This document shows, in pieces, positions 12,972-25,844 of a stretch of 64,000 nucleotides of DNA. The DNA comes from Lama guanicoe (taxonomy: Eukaryota). Below the pieces are notes generated by a model. That model was not told the origin of the DNA. It did no database searches and worked only from the letters and a program-made list of their open reading frames with translations. A program made the position numbers and the translations under genes. Where the stretch lies: positions 16,980,711-17,044,710 of the forward strand of contig MU054187.1 of assembly GCA_013239625.1 (NCBI GenBank). The letters run 5' to 3'. Every line of letters begins with the position of its first letter. Within the stretch, counting starts at the first letter, position 1.

Positions 12972-13905
12972 CACTATTTTTGTAGGCATTCTTTGCTACT
13001 CATTTTTTGGGAAATAAGGAAATGATAAAAATAAATAAATGGCAGAAACTTTTCTCTCCTGAGTCTGTTCTTTGTATTTCATCAGCATCTCCCACCAGAT
13101 TGTGAGCTTCTGGAGGGGTGAGACCATGGACCATTCCTTTCAGAATTCTAACTACAGTATTGGTGTTTATATAACCACATTCCCAGTTTAGGGGAATGCT
13201 GCAGACACGGAGACTCAATCTGGGAACTGGGGTCCTTCATACAGGAAGTGAGGATATGGCTGGTCTTAGCAGCACTTTGACATCTTCTCTGAAGTGAGTA
13301 AATAGTATGTAGATAGGGCCATGGTAGAAAGAATAGAAATGCATAATGTATTTTCCAAAAGGTGAATGAGATATGAATGCGTGTGTGACTTGAAGCAAAT
13401 AACAGATAAATGGCATATTAAATACATGGCTTGTGGACTGTAATAAAAATAAAAAAGTTTCTCTGAAATTGCTGTTACTTGGTCAATGAAAGTCCTAAGG
13501 TCAATGAAAGTCCTAAGATGATTTTCAGTTCCAAATTAAAGCCTCAATTTAGTAATTAGAATGTATCCAGTCCAATATAGTGATTAACATTTTATTCTTA
13601 GTCAAACATAAAACTAACCCCATCTCTAAATTGTGACAGGTCTACAATTGGATGTGTCTTTTCTAGAAGAAGGAGGGGATCAGTCAGGGTCCAATCTCCC
13701 CATTCATTTCCTCTGTTTCCCATTGCCGAGTGGGAAATATGGCAAGAGGAGGCAGGAGAGGTTGGGGACAGAAGGGAAGTTTTTAGTTTCTAGGTGGCCT
13801 CATACTCCCCGAGCCTGGAGTTGGTTAAATTGACCTTCTCCCTCATGAGTGCATTGGTGGGAAACTCAGAGTCCATCACCAGAGAACACATTCTGCAACA
13901 CTCTT

Positions 13906-14075
13906 TTATTTGAATTAAATTAGATTAATTTTTTAATTAGTCTTTTTTTAGGGGGATGGGGGAGGTAATTAGGATTTTTATTTAATGTACTTATTTTAAC
14001 AGAGGTACTGGGGATTGAACCCAGGACCTCTTACATGCTAAGCACATGCTCTACCACTGAGCTATATCCTCCCCC
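13906..14075 (-). mobile_element. tRNA-Ala-derived camelid SINE (vic-1 type)
   Basis: Minus strand reads GGGGAGGATATAGCTCAGTGGTAGAGCATGTGCTTAGCATGTAAGAGGTCCTGGGTTCAATCCCCAGTACCTC (A and B boxes), then the ctaattacctcccc tail. TSD gcaacactctt at 13895-13905 and 14081-14091. Confidence 0.9.
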
Positions 14076-14729
14076 TATTCGCAACACTCTTGACTCCAAC
14101 CCAGTCTCACTCCTGGCTTACTCTGCAGTTGCTTTGTGACCCAGGCTTTCTTCTCAGGTAGGACACAATGATGGAGTGTAGGTCTGTCAGCGCTACCATT
14201 TCCATTCTATCGCTTTCTCGGGGGTGACTCAGGCCCTAGTCCACTCTCCCTGGCCCCACTGAGGTTTATAGGGCACATATCAGATACTGTCCGTGGGCCT
14301 GTGGGTGCTCCCTCAGAAGACATAAGGCAAAGGATGTGGAGAGGGGACTACCAGCAGTGTTCATTTCTCTGCAAAGATGTGGCTTTACAACATTCCCTCA
14401 ACGATAGCCCTTCCTTATTCCCGTGATCTGGCCCGTGATCCTAGAGTTACAAAACTCATAATTGTCTCAGTAGTACATTATGCCTTTCAAATCATTTACA
14501 TTTTTGTTTTCTTCGCAGAATATCCTGTTTTATCACGTTATTGCAAGAGGTATGAGAGAGGGGAAAAATTAAGTTGATATTTTGAAGCCAGAATGAAATA
14601 TTTGTCCCTGTTTCTAAATAGTAGAACTATTTCATCAAATAAAAATCTTACTTACATGTCCAAAAAAAATAATAAGAAGAACTGCACGCATTGAAGTAGG
14701 GTCAGAAAGGCCCTCAAGAAAAGGAAATA

Positions 14730-15151
14730 TTGCAACAGGGATGGACCCAGACATTATCACACTAAGTGAAGTAAGTCAGACAGAGAAAGACAAGTATCAA
14801 ATGCTATCACTTGTATGTGGAATCGAAAGAAAATGAGACAAATGAACTTATTTACACAACAGAAACAGACTCACAAACATAGAAAACAAACTTATGGTTA
14901 CCAAAGTGGAAAGTGAATGGAGGAAAGAAAAATTAGTAGTGTTGGATTAACAGATTCAACCTACCATATATAAAATAGGTAAACAACAAGGTCTGACTGT
15001 ATAGCACAGGAACTATATTCCATACTTTGTAATAGCCTGTAATGAAAAAGACTATGACTAGGAATATATATATTTATACATATATGTATATCTGTGTAAC
15101 TGAAACTAACACAACATTGTAAATGAACTATACTTTAATTAAAAAAAAAAA
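14730..15151 (+). mobile_element. 5'-truncated L1 3' end
   Basis: gatggacccagacattatcacactaagtgaagtaagtcagacagagaaagacaa ... ctgtatagcacaggaactatattc ... acacaacattgtaaatgaactatactttaatt followed by poly(A). Confidence 0.92.
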
Positions 15152-15253
15152 GAAAAAGAAAGCATGGTAGATGGCTGTCCTTCATGCTAATTCCCTGCCT
15201 ATGAAACCACTGCCCTCCACAGAAGCCACTCGATATAAAGAGTACATACTGAA

Positions 15254-15561
15254 ACTCATCTATAAAACAGAGACAGACTCGCAGACATAGTAAACAATCT
15301 TATGATTACCAGTGGAAAGGGGGTGGGAAGGGACACATTTGGGAGTTTGAGATTTGCAAATGTTAACCACTACATATAAAAATAGATAAAAAACCAATTT
15401 CATCTATATAGCACAGGGAACTATATTCAATATTATGTAATAACCTTTAATGAAAAAGAATACGAAAATGAATATATGTGTATATATATTCATGGCTGGG
15501 ACATTATGCTGTGCAATGGAAACTGACACATTGTAACTGACTATATTTCAATTAAAAAAAA
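15254..15561 (+). mobile_element. 5'-truncated L1 3' end with 17-bp TSD
   Basis: L1 3'UTR motifs and poly(A). TSD aaagagtacatactgaa (15237-15253) and aaagagtacatattgaa (15562-15578). Confidence 0.93.
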
Positions 15562-16359
15562 AAAGAGTACATATTGAAGGACCTCTCCTGGAGACCATGT
15601 GTGATGGACAACTGGAAGGTTTACACTAGGGAAGACTGAAAATCGGATCTGTGTTGGAGGGAGAATGAAGACCACAAAAACAATTATTACAAATTATAAA
15701 ATTGCTGCAGAAAAGGCAGAAGGAAAGGATTTGAGAAAGATTTAAAAGGGTATTGTATAGTTAGTTAGTTAGTTAGCTATTTAATTAGTAAGAAGAGCAA
15801 AATGACACAAATGACAAGCTGCCTCTCTCTTTTTTGTTCTTTCTTCGTGAGAAGTAAAGAAATCTTTTATGTCTGAATCTTTCTGGGCCTCAAATTCATG
15901 TCTTCTTCCTCTGCTCCTCCCTTTCTCCCTGTGGAGACATTTAGTTACATTGTAATTCTATTAACATGTTACACGTTGGCAGAAAATTTGATGCAGCTTT
16001 TGGGAAGTGACACATTCATGGTGGGATCCAGTTACTAAAATTTGACCATGTCATCTCCTCCAACTTCAAATGTGTTGCCAATTTTTATTTTTTTCCCTTG
16101 TTAATTTTGGATGAAAAATAATTGCTAAAGAATATCATTATTTCTTCTACAAGAATGAGGCTTGGAAGATTGCGGGGACTTTTCAAATAGCAACATCTGA
16201 AGCTCTGACTCTATTGTATTTCCATTTCTCTTATAAATCTAAATGTACCATTTTTATTAGCTATTTTTTCTTTTTAATAAACATATATGTGCATATAAAG
16301 TCCATTTTTTGAGTGATTCATTATTTCTGTGTCTGCTTTACATGAACTTCATTTTTTTC

Positions 16360-16700
16360 GTTTTTAATTTTTGACCCACTTCACCCATTTCCCCCCATCC
16401 TCGGAGAAATCACCAATTTGTTCTCCTTATTTTAGCTTTTTGGTTTTTATTTTTTAAGTTTACACATACAAGAGAGATCATGTGGTGTTTCTCTTCCTCT
16501 GTCTCATTAATTTCACTCAGCATAGTATCTTTAGGTCCACCCATGTTGTCACAAATGACAAGATTCCATTTTTTTAATGGCCAAATACTATTCCATTATA
16601 TATATGTATACATACATAAAGAAATTGTGGCACATGCCATTATATGGCATATATGCTACAATTTCTTTATCCATTCATCCATCTATGAACACAGGCTTCT
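16360..16700 (-). mobile_element. Older L1 (L1MA-like) 3'UTR/ORF2-end fragment
   Basis: ttttgacccacttcacccattt ... gagatcatgtggtgttt ... atttcactcagcatagt ... ggtccacccatgttgtcacaaatgacaagatt ... tttatccattcatcc. Confidence 0.85.
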
Positions 16701-17069
16701 TTTAACTTGTTGTGCCAGATGGATCTAATTGTGTCATTAACCAATAAAAGGGAAAGAAATAACATTTTTTGCAGATGGAGAAGAAAAATCTTGTGTTGGC
16801 CTATTAGGCTTGAAGAGCTTATAAGATATGCCAGGCAGAGATGTTCCACTGACATTTAAATCATTAGCCTTCTGATTTGCTTACCATAATGAAAAATTCA
16901 CATACTTTTTTGATCACTCCTCCAATAATGAATTCTGTCCTTGGGGACATCTAATCACCAAAGATTCACCTCATCCACACAATAGTACAATCATTGGAAA
17001 ATATAATAGCTAATTAGGATTTCTGAAATTAAACGTGGTGGGGGCATTGCTTGTGGCAGGAGAGTGAAT

Positions 17070-17285
17070 AGTTCATGATTTTAATTTTAAGCATAAAGAA
17101 TGACTTTCTAATAGTCATAAGTGCCTTTATATCAAAGAGGTGAAAAATTCCTTGTTATTGGGATTGTTCAGTCTTAATAAGGGTGCCTCTATGGCATTCA
17201 TATTAGTCAAGGTACTCAAGCATTTGGAAAGTGATTGGCTCTCAACTTGTAGGTCATTTTGCAGTTTTCAGTATCTGTGGGTCTA
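17070..17285 (+). mobile_element. L3/CR1 3' fragment (very old)
   Basis: agaatgactttctaatagtc ... ttccttgttattgggattgttcag ... aggtcattttgcagttttcagtatctgtg loosely follows the L3 3' end. Confidence 0.4.
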
Positions 17286-18034
17286 GGGCTTAGTCCTGTT
17301 TGGGTTCAAAGATGAAATGTCCACATATAGAGAAAAACTATTACTATTTCACTGCTAAGTTTTCATGTGAGTGAATTTGAACGTTTTTTTCACTGTCTCA
17401 ACTCCCCTAAACACCACCATCCACAAAATATACAAGTAGATGAATAAACAAACAACACGCCAAAGACAACAAAACTTCCTAGTGCTATATTTTTCATTTC
17501 TGATCAGGTGACACTACGTTTCCTCCAATGACACAAGCTGGTAGCATGAGATTGATCTGTGACTGCTTTCTCCCTCTGACCATCTGAATGATTATATTTT
17601 CTGAAAGTTTTACAGTGCTCATCCCTGCCTAACACTTGTCAGTGACTTCATCTTTCAGATAAAGCTCAAGATCCTCAACAGGAGAACAGAACCCTTCATA
17701 ATCTGTTCTTAGTTAAACTTGCACAGTATCATCTTTTGCCATTTTGCTCTTAATAGAAATAAATTAAAATTAATTTATTTTCCAGCAATAATCAATGGCT
17801 TTTAATTCCCCCGACATATCCTAATAACACCCATATCTGTGTCATGAATGCCTTGGTTCCTTTTCTGTCTGGAAAATAATCATTTTATTTGCAAAATTTC
17901 ATCAGGTTTTAAAAATTTTTCTCCAATGACTTCTTTATCCTACTTCAAGTGCTAGCAAATCCTTACCTCACTACAAACTTAGGTAGGTATCTATTTACTT
18001 ACAAATATTGTTACCTCTAAAGTAGCATTTTAGA

Positions 18035-18378
18035 AATACATAGAAATATCATGGGATCCACATGTGTAATTCAAAATTTTCTAGGACTTATGTTACAAAA
18101 AGGGGGGAAATAAGACAGGTGAACCTTTATGTTATGAAAACGGGGGAAAATAAAACAGGTGAACCTAATTTTAAGAGCATAATTAACTCATTTAAAGTTT
18201 ATAATTTCAAAATAAAATCAATATAAAATTATAAATGAGACATTTAAATGTTATTATTCTACGTCTTTAAAATCCAACGTGTATTTTTCACTTACAGCAC
18301 ATCTCAGTTTGGACTACTTAAATTTAAGTGCCCAGTGACCACATGTGGTGTGTGGCTTCCATATCTTAACAGAGCAGC
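18035..18378 (+). mobile_element. MER33 (hAT-Charlie MITE) with internal tandem duplication
   Basis: tagaaatatcatgggatccacatgtgtaattcaaaattttctag ... acaggtgaa ... cacttacagcacatctcagtttggacta ... ccacatgtgg ... gtggcttccatat ... acagagcag follows the MER33 consensus. Confidence 0.85.
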
Positions 18379-18380
18379 AA

Positions 18381-18717
18381 CAGGAGTTGGCCAGCCTTGG
18401 TTCATGGGCCAAATGCAGCCAATGCCTGTTTCAGTATGGCCTAGGAGTTAAGCTGCATTTTTACATGTTTAAAGTGTTTGAAAAAATGAGAATAAGAATC
18501 ATGTTTATTGACAATTGAAAAATGATATGAAATTCAAATTTCAGTACTCTTAATAAAGATTTATTGGACCAAAGCCATGCTTTTGCATTTACAGATTTTT
18601 CTGTAGCAAATTCCATGCTAAGGATGACAAAGTCAATTAGTTTTGAGAAACTGTTTGAGCACAAAGGCTTAAAATATTTACCATCTGGCCCTTTCCAGAA
18701 AAAGTGTAGTGACCTCT
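18381..18717 (+). mobile_element. MER58B-like (hAT-Charlie MITE)
   Basis: caggagttggcc ... catgggccaaatgcagcc ... atatgaaattcaaatttcagt ... aataaagatttattgga ... aaaatatttaccatctggccctttccagaaaaagt. Confidence 0.85.
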
Positions 18718-18993
18718 CTTTTAGTGGTTCATTCTTCTAAGATCATGATCGTATACTTGTTATCTTAGTTGGCACTCAACACAAGCCTGACACACAAAAG
18801 AGACTCAGTCATTTCAAAATAAAATATATTTTATAAATTCAATTTAACAAGCTTTTGTGGAACAATCATAATCCTAAAACCCACCCTCTCTACTTAGAAA
18901 CCATACCTTAGAAAACCTTAGAATTTTTCTAGCCCTGGATATTGTGTCTCCAGATCAGAAAAAGGAGAAAGTATAGTCAAAAATAGGATCCTC

Positions 18994-19090
18994 TATGAAA
19001 ACAAATATATGTATGTATATGTGTGACTCAAACATTATGCTTTACACCAGAAATTGACACATTGTAACTGACCATACTTTAATTAAAAAA
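18994..19090 (+). mobile_element. Very short L1 3' tail inserted into a MIR
   Basis: tatgaaaacaaatatatgtatg ... acaccagaaattgacacattgtaactgaccatactttaatt followed by poly(A). TSD aaaaataggatcctc (18979-18993) and aaaattaggattctc (19090-19104). Confidence 0.85.
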
Positions 19091-19104
19091 AAATTAGGAT
19101 TCTC

Positions 19105-19305
19105 AATTCAGATATATCTGGGTCCAGTCTCCAGCTTGGCCCCATCTCCAACTTGAGAAAAGTACTTACACTGCAATGCTTTGTTTTAATATCTGTAAAA
19201 TGGGGCAGAATCCTGCTAACTCACAGGGTTCTGTAATGATTGGATGAGATGATGTATATAAGAGTAAAATGACTGAAACTTGGTAAGTTTTTAATAAATA
19301 TTAAC
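19105..19305 (+). mobile_element. MIR
   Basis: ctgggtccagtctccagct ... atctgtaaaatgggg ... ctcacagggttctgtaatgattggatgagatgatgtatataa ... aataaatatta. Confidence 0.75.
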
Positions 19306-22300
19306 TCTTTTTAGTACATGTATCTAAAGTTTCCTAACCTAATCTTTTCCTTTCAATAATTTTTAGTCTCTGCTTTTGAAGGAAGTGATGCTTTAATTAC
19401 TATGGTTTATAAAACAAGTATTCATGTTTATTCATAGTGACAAATATTAGCATAACTGCATAGATCAGTTATAAATATTTTGAATGCCAAAACATTACTG
19501 AAGTACTATGATTAGACAGCTCTTTTAAATGTATACAAATACACACTCTATTTAAATGGAAATGAAGACTATATTCAAAGGAGAAAAGGGGATTTATCTA
19601 TAAAGAACATGAAAGTCGTGCCCCTTAGAAAGCATTAACAATTTTAGAATTGAAAACACACGTTTCAGTAATATACTATATAGCTTTACACTGGACCCAT
19701 AAAATATTTTTTAAATCACAATTTAAAAATTAATACGTGGTGTGTAAATGTTATAAATTATTATTATCCTTAATATTATAAAATTATTCCCATCACAGAA
19801 CTATTCCCCCTGTTGAAATGTTAGCAAAGCTGAAAATAATTCTTTGGACAGTTATGTTTAATTCAGGTTTTACGACTCCTTGGAGTGAATAGAGGAAGAG
19901 TGTTGTAATTTTCTGGACGTGGAGAATCATTTGCTATGGTAAACTGGATAAACGTTTGTGCTGCCTCATGGGAGGAGAACAGAAAAGAGTAGCCGGTTCT
20001 GTTCTGCTGAGACGCCAAGTTCTCCATATTCTTTCAAAATCAGTGGCCTTAGAGGGATCGTGAATTGCTGAGGTAGAACAATCCTTACTCTTTATCTCTC
20101 ATCTACTGCCTTTGAAATCAACTAGAGCTGTGTACTTGGAAGCAGCACAAAGGGTGAGGCTGGAAATAAAAATATGGCCTAGGATTTGTGATGCTCAAGT
20201 GATTCAGATTCATTTCTCCTATAGCTGCAGCCCTGAAATATGCTCGACTTATCACTGATATATTGCAGTTCATAGAGCTCTAATTCATTTTACAGAAGTA
20301 ATCCTGCCCAGCCCTACCATTACTCTTTTAAATAGAACTTACGCTTTGGTGCCATTTGAAATAATTCATCATTAAGTTCATAATACCAGATTTTATCAAA
20401 TTATGCAGATACAGAAAGTGTCCAGGCCTTTTGTGTGTGTGTGTGTGTGGACAAAATTGCAGTGGCTAAAACCTCCTCTGATATGTAATGCTCATTTGTG
20501 ATATAAAATGCACTCCCAACATGTCAAACCTTTCTCTTCCTTCATTTAAGCAGTTTCTGAAATTCTACATATTTCTTTCCTGAATGACTGAATTGGGGAT
20601 AAATAAGTTCCTTAGCTTCTTTATTCAGCAAGCAACAAAATGCACTTATATTTTTCTTATGTGTAAGGTTGATGTTTTAACAATAGTCTCCTTCTTGACA
20701 CCTTCTCTATCTCATGGATGCATTGCGCACGTTGGTATTGTGTACCTTAGAGAGCGGATGGCCTGTGTTTATTCACTTGTTCTGTATCAATGTATATTAA
20801 TTTTGTTTTGTATTGATAAGCTCTTCATCATCGATTATGAGGATTTGCTTTTACCATTTCATCAAAAAAAACTCTATTCCATGCACTGGAAAAAATATGT
20901 AAGTAATCCAGAAAATAAGTAGCACTGTGTGGTATTTCACAGTGAAATGTTACAGATTATCACTGAAATTAATATGTTGACTTTGCTTTTTTTCTCCTAA
21001 TTTGTAACACTGTTGCCCACTTTGTTAGGTTTAGTTTAGGTATCACTAACAGACTTAATTTCTTGAATCATTTATCACCATGAAATGGTCACTAACAACA
21101 ATAACAAAATTGTTATACTGCCCTAGATTCTTAGGATTTAGTAATTTTCTTCTAAAAATATTCAGATGGATTTAAATGAGGGAAGACAACCATTTAACAA
21201 GAGAAAGAAGATAAAGGGTCCAAAATTTAACCTTATGTTACTTATATACAAATGTGTTAATTTTTGTAAATAATTTCAGATAAAAGATACTCTAGTTTTT
21301 TCAAAAGCTACCACTATGTAGCTAATATCTTATTTAAGTGTAAAATTACTAGTCAGTTTCAATTCAAAACAAGGTAATCAATTGGTTTCTTCAGACTCTA
21401 GTTACATATTGAGTAGTCTTATTTTAAGTCAAATTCCTATCACTAATAATGGAGGAACAAAGTTGTGTCCAAATTTTGAAGGAACATGGGTGTCCCAAAG
21501 CACAGATAATGAATTTTAGCTCTCTCTGGAGGAAAGCCTTTCCTGTATGCAGTCTGGCAATATTCCAAGATTTCTTTTTAAAAGTAACTCCATATGTGTA
21601 CTGAAAATAAGCTAGTGATGTTTTAAATCAACTGGAAAGAGAGGCTGTTCTTTTCAATATTTTTTTCCTGAGCATAACTTTGAAGTGCAGCATTTGGGGA
21701 TTATGAAGGTTTGGGTTACCTGCTGAATGAAGGCATGGAAAATTATTTGAAAGTACCCCCTTTTTTTTTGAAACTGTACTTTAAACTTATGAAATATCAC
21801 CTGTGGTTAAGAAAAGGTATGCAATTCAAAGCACTTCTTTTTTCAACCTAAAGACAAAGAGTTAATCTTAAATTGTGATTATATTTTCTAAGTTTTCTAT
21901 GGCAGCAAGATCACAATCAAAAGTTTGTGGTTCACTTGTTTAGGCAGGAGATGATGGAGACAAGTGAATGCTATTAAATTAGAGAAAATATGGGTAAATT
22001 TATAATGAGTTAGGTACTGTGTGCAAACCTGAAGCAAGGACCACAACTTACTATGCTCTAATGATGGTCTCACAGCAGGTATTTTAAGTGATTTTAGTCT
22101 CAAATAAATTTAACTTGCATCTATCTCTCAGTGATGTGTTCTGAATTTATGTGAGGCAAACACTTGAAAAAAAATATATATAGCCAAATTTGTATCATGT
22201 AAATGTATATAAAAGAAAATGTATTTGAATAAGAATTATTTTTCAGAAAGCAAAGTGACTATAATAATTTGGGCTATAATAATTTATATCTTTTGACATC

Positions 22301-22704
22301 ATTAAAGATATCCTTTGCCTAATATATCACAGACTTTTGATACTGTTGGATATCGTCTAACAGCATTTTGGGAAGTTATGAATGGTTACCTAGTTAAATA
22401 TTTACTTTAGTATGCACTAAGGATATTTCACTATAACCAAACAGGAAGATGGTGGCATCTTCTTTTTAGCAGCATTATAAACTGATACAAAGTAACAAAA
22501 CATCTGATAGTTATTAAAGTAAATGGCAATTGCATTAAAAATAATATTTCAGAGGTACCGTAAAGATATCATTTCAGAAAGTCATCTCCCAATGTATGGG
22601 AACATTTATAAATTGGCATATTATTTTTAATTAACATATTTTAAAGGAAATGTAGTATAGTGTACAGCTTACGGTTAAACTATAACATTCACTAGACTAT
22701 ATTT

Positions 22705-23720
22705 TTCATGAAATTAAGAAATATTTGCCGATTTTGCCTATCATGGGGTAGGCACTGCAATAAGGGTAAAGCGGGCAGTAAAATATATTGCATAATAGCT
22801 ATTGAAAAGTGGTAAGGAGCAAAAATATTTCAGAGAAGGGGAATATAACATTTTGGGTATGTTGTGTGGAGAAGTTGTTGAAATTTCAGTTGTAGAGACT
22901 GAAAAGCACCCCCAAAGTGGCTCTGGAATAAAGAACTAAGTTGCACATGGAAGCAGACATTGCATGTGTCCAGAGGAAGAGTGTCCCAACCTAAGGCACC
23001 TCACGGGGAAATGTTCCTGTATTTTATGAACAGTGAAGATGGTGATGTGGCTTGCAGTTGCATGAAAAGGGGGAGGGGAATATGTCACAGAGGAGATCTG
23101 AGAGGTAACAGGGGCATGATCAAGTAGGACCTTGAATGCCTTGCAAAGACTGGATTCTAACTAGAGTAGTGGGAGGATTTTGAGCAAATGAATGACATAA
23201 TGTGAACTATATGTTGGCAGACCACTCCCACTTTGAGAATAGACTGTAAGTAGGCAGAGATGGAGGCCACAAGACAATTTAGGAGGCCTTTGGCACAATC
23301 AGGAAAGAGGTGTTTCCTTCAACAGTGGATTGTGACAGTGGTGATGGTGACAATAATAAAAAGTGGTTGAATATTTAATCTGTTTGGAAAGTAGATCCCA
23401 CAGGGCTTGATGATCAATTTCATGTGGAATATAAGAGAAAAAGAAGAGTTAATGATGGCAAGAAGGTCAGAAGGGTGGGATTCTTATTGACTCTGTGGAG
23501 GAGACAGTTATAAAAGTGGGTGTGGGAAGAAAAACTCTGAAACTCTGACTTGGATAAGTTAAGTTTGAGATGGCCATTAGACATTCAGGTTGAGGGTACA
23601 ACAGTCTATCATTTATATAATTTTGGAGCTATTGTGGAAACCTAGAGTTAAGATAAAAATTTAGGAGTCATTTGCTTACTGATTGTATTAAAACAATTGT
23701 GCCAGATGAGTATACTCAGT
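22705..23720 (-). mobile_element. L2 LINE (about 1 kb, degenerate)
   Basis: ggaggattttgagcaaatgaatgacataat, gagaatagactgtaag, tttaggaggc, gttaagtttgagatggccattagacattcagg and ttaggagtcat appear in L2 order. Confidence 0.75.
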
Positions 23721-23849
23721 GAGTCTAGACAGAGATGAATATATAATTCCTTATTACAAAGTTAAGCACAGTCTTTATTACTTTCTTATTTTTATATCTT
23801 TCAGATTTATCTATATAAAGAAAGCTTAACAGGCAAAACTGGACAATGC

Positions 23850-24500
23850 AATATCCAGATAAAAATAGCAAGATGTTGATAAATAATGAAAAGAAGAACT
23901 GTTGAATGGCTACAACTATCCTGTGGAAGGATTTTTTTATTATGTATTGTTTTTGAAAATGTGTATGTCTTATGACTCAAAATTCAAACTTATGGATATA
24001 CCAAAAGGAAATATTATAAGAATATTTATTATATATCCCACTAAAGACATATGCAACAGTTTTTATTAGAACATTGCAACTCAATAACTACCAGGAGAAA
24101 AATGGAAGAATATCTGAACAATGAAATATTATACAGCTGTCAAAATGAATAAACCAGAACTATAAATATCAACTTTGATTGGACTCACAGACCTAATACT
24201 GATTTAACAAAGCAAAGTATAGAACATTTTATATAGTTATGAAATAATTGTATGTCAATTAAAGTTATAAGTATTATACATATACAGATACATGTGATAA
24301 ATACATGTACTAAAACATAAAAGCATGGTTAGCCTCAAATTTAATCATAATTATTGCTTCTGGGGCAGGAGAGGGGAAATGTGGATAATTTCAATATTAT
24401 TGGTATCAGTATATTATCAAAGAACAAAACAACTAGATGCCACTATGACAGAATGTTTTTATTTCTTAGTTATGTACCTGTTATCTTATTTTTCTACATA
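23850..24500 (+). mobile_element. Old L1 (L1ME-like) ORF2-end/3'UTR fragment
   Basis: cttatgactcaaaattc ... atgaaatattatacagctgtcaaaatgaataaaccagaacta ... aaagcaaagt. Confidence 0.6.
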
Positions 24501-25611
24501 TTTTTACATCTTTTTAAAGAAAAGATCCAATGGTTTTGTGCATGTGTGTGTGAAAATTGAATTAGGAACACTTCCAGAAATTGAGTCACTATGCTATAGA
24601 GTTGGATTGCTCCTAGAAGTATTAAATCAATTGGAAAATACTTGGCTCTTAGTGAAAGGTTTTACAAAAGCCTATTATTAACTCCTCTTAATGTAGATGT
24701 TAGCATTTTCCTTCCACTAGTTTCCAATAATCAAATATAAATTCATAGCATCACCCAGCCCAAAATAAAAGGGAGGAAAGAGTCTATATCTTAAAAGAAA
24801 CATTCCAGCTCCCACACAACCCAGTTTGAACAATGAAATAGACATTACAGAGAGAAAATTCACAAACAGCAGATGTGTGGTTCACTTTTCAGTTGTTGAT
24901 ATTAAATAAGAACACCTCTGAGATACCACATCCTGTGTTTGTGGATAGTAGTTAAAATGGTAAAATGGTATATTCTGGTACTTCTAAATATTTTATGACA
25001 TGAGGCATTTATGATGAAGACTCATTTTACTCACAAAATGTTAAATTTCCTCCAGCATTCTATTTCAAGTTGGATGGAAAGTACACCTTTAACCTGTACT
25101 GAATGAGATTGGAAACAACGAACAAGATGGTGATGTAAATTGATTTTGTGCAAAGTAAATATTTTCATTTTCAAAGAAGTAAATGTTCAACACAATATGG
25201 AATATGACTATTAATATTGTATATAGAAGGATTCTCAAACATAGTAAATTAATGAAATTGATAAATGAATATGCAAAATCCTTAAATGTAGTCATTTGAA
25301 TTAAATATTAGTAATGAAAAAATATTCTACATTACAAACATAGTTCATTACCAACATCAACATTAAACTTTTTTTTTTTAACTGATAAGGTAGCAGAAAG
25401 TAAAGCTTGCCAAGTTACAAGTTAATCCTCTATTAGGTCTAATTAGATTCACATTCTAGACATTTTAATAGTTACCTGAAGACAAATTATGTTTTCTATG
25501 GCTTCTATATTTAATTCTTTATAGCCATCTTGCACAAGCCTGCTATTGATTACAAGGATGTGAGAAAGTAAAGGTATTTTTTGCAATGATTTTCCTTGAC
25601 CTGAAACAAAA

Positions 25612-25808
25612 TGGTGCACTTGCTGAGCATATGAGCTCTGGCTGCATATTGCCTGGGTTTGAATTCTTTAATCTCTCTCTCATTTTCCTGAACTTAAAAA
25701 TGAGGCTCCTTGTTTTGCAAAGATTCAGTGGGATAATACATAAAGGTACCCCGTGTTTGGTACCTGGGAAGCACTCAGAACGCACCTATCCACAGAAAAT
25801 TATTATTG
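25612..25808 (+). mobile_element. MIR
   Basis: gagctctgg ... tgcctgggtttgaattc ... ctcattttcctgaacttaaaaatgagg ... gataatacataaag ... tacctgg. Confidence 0.65.
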
Positions 25809-25844
25809 TTTTTGTTGTTGGAAAGGAACTAGTTTTATAAATAG

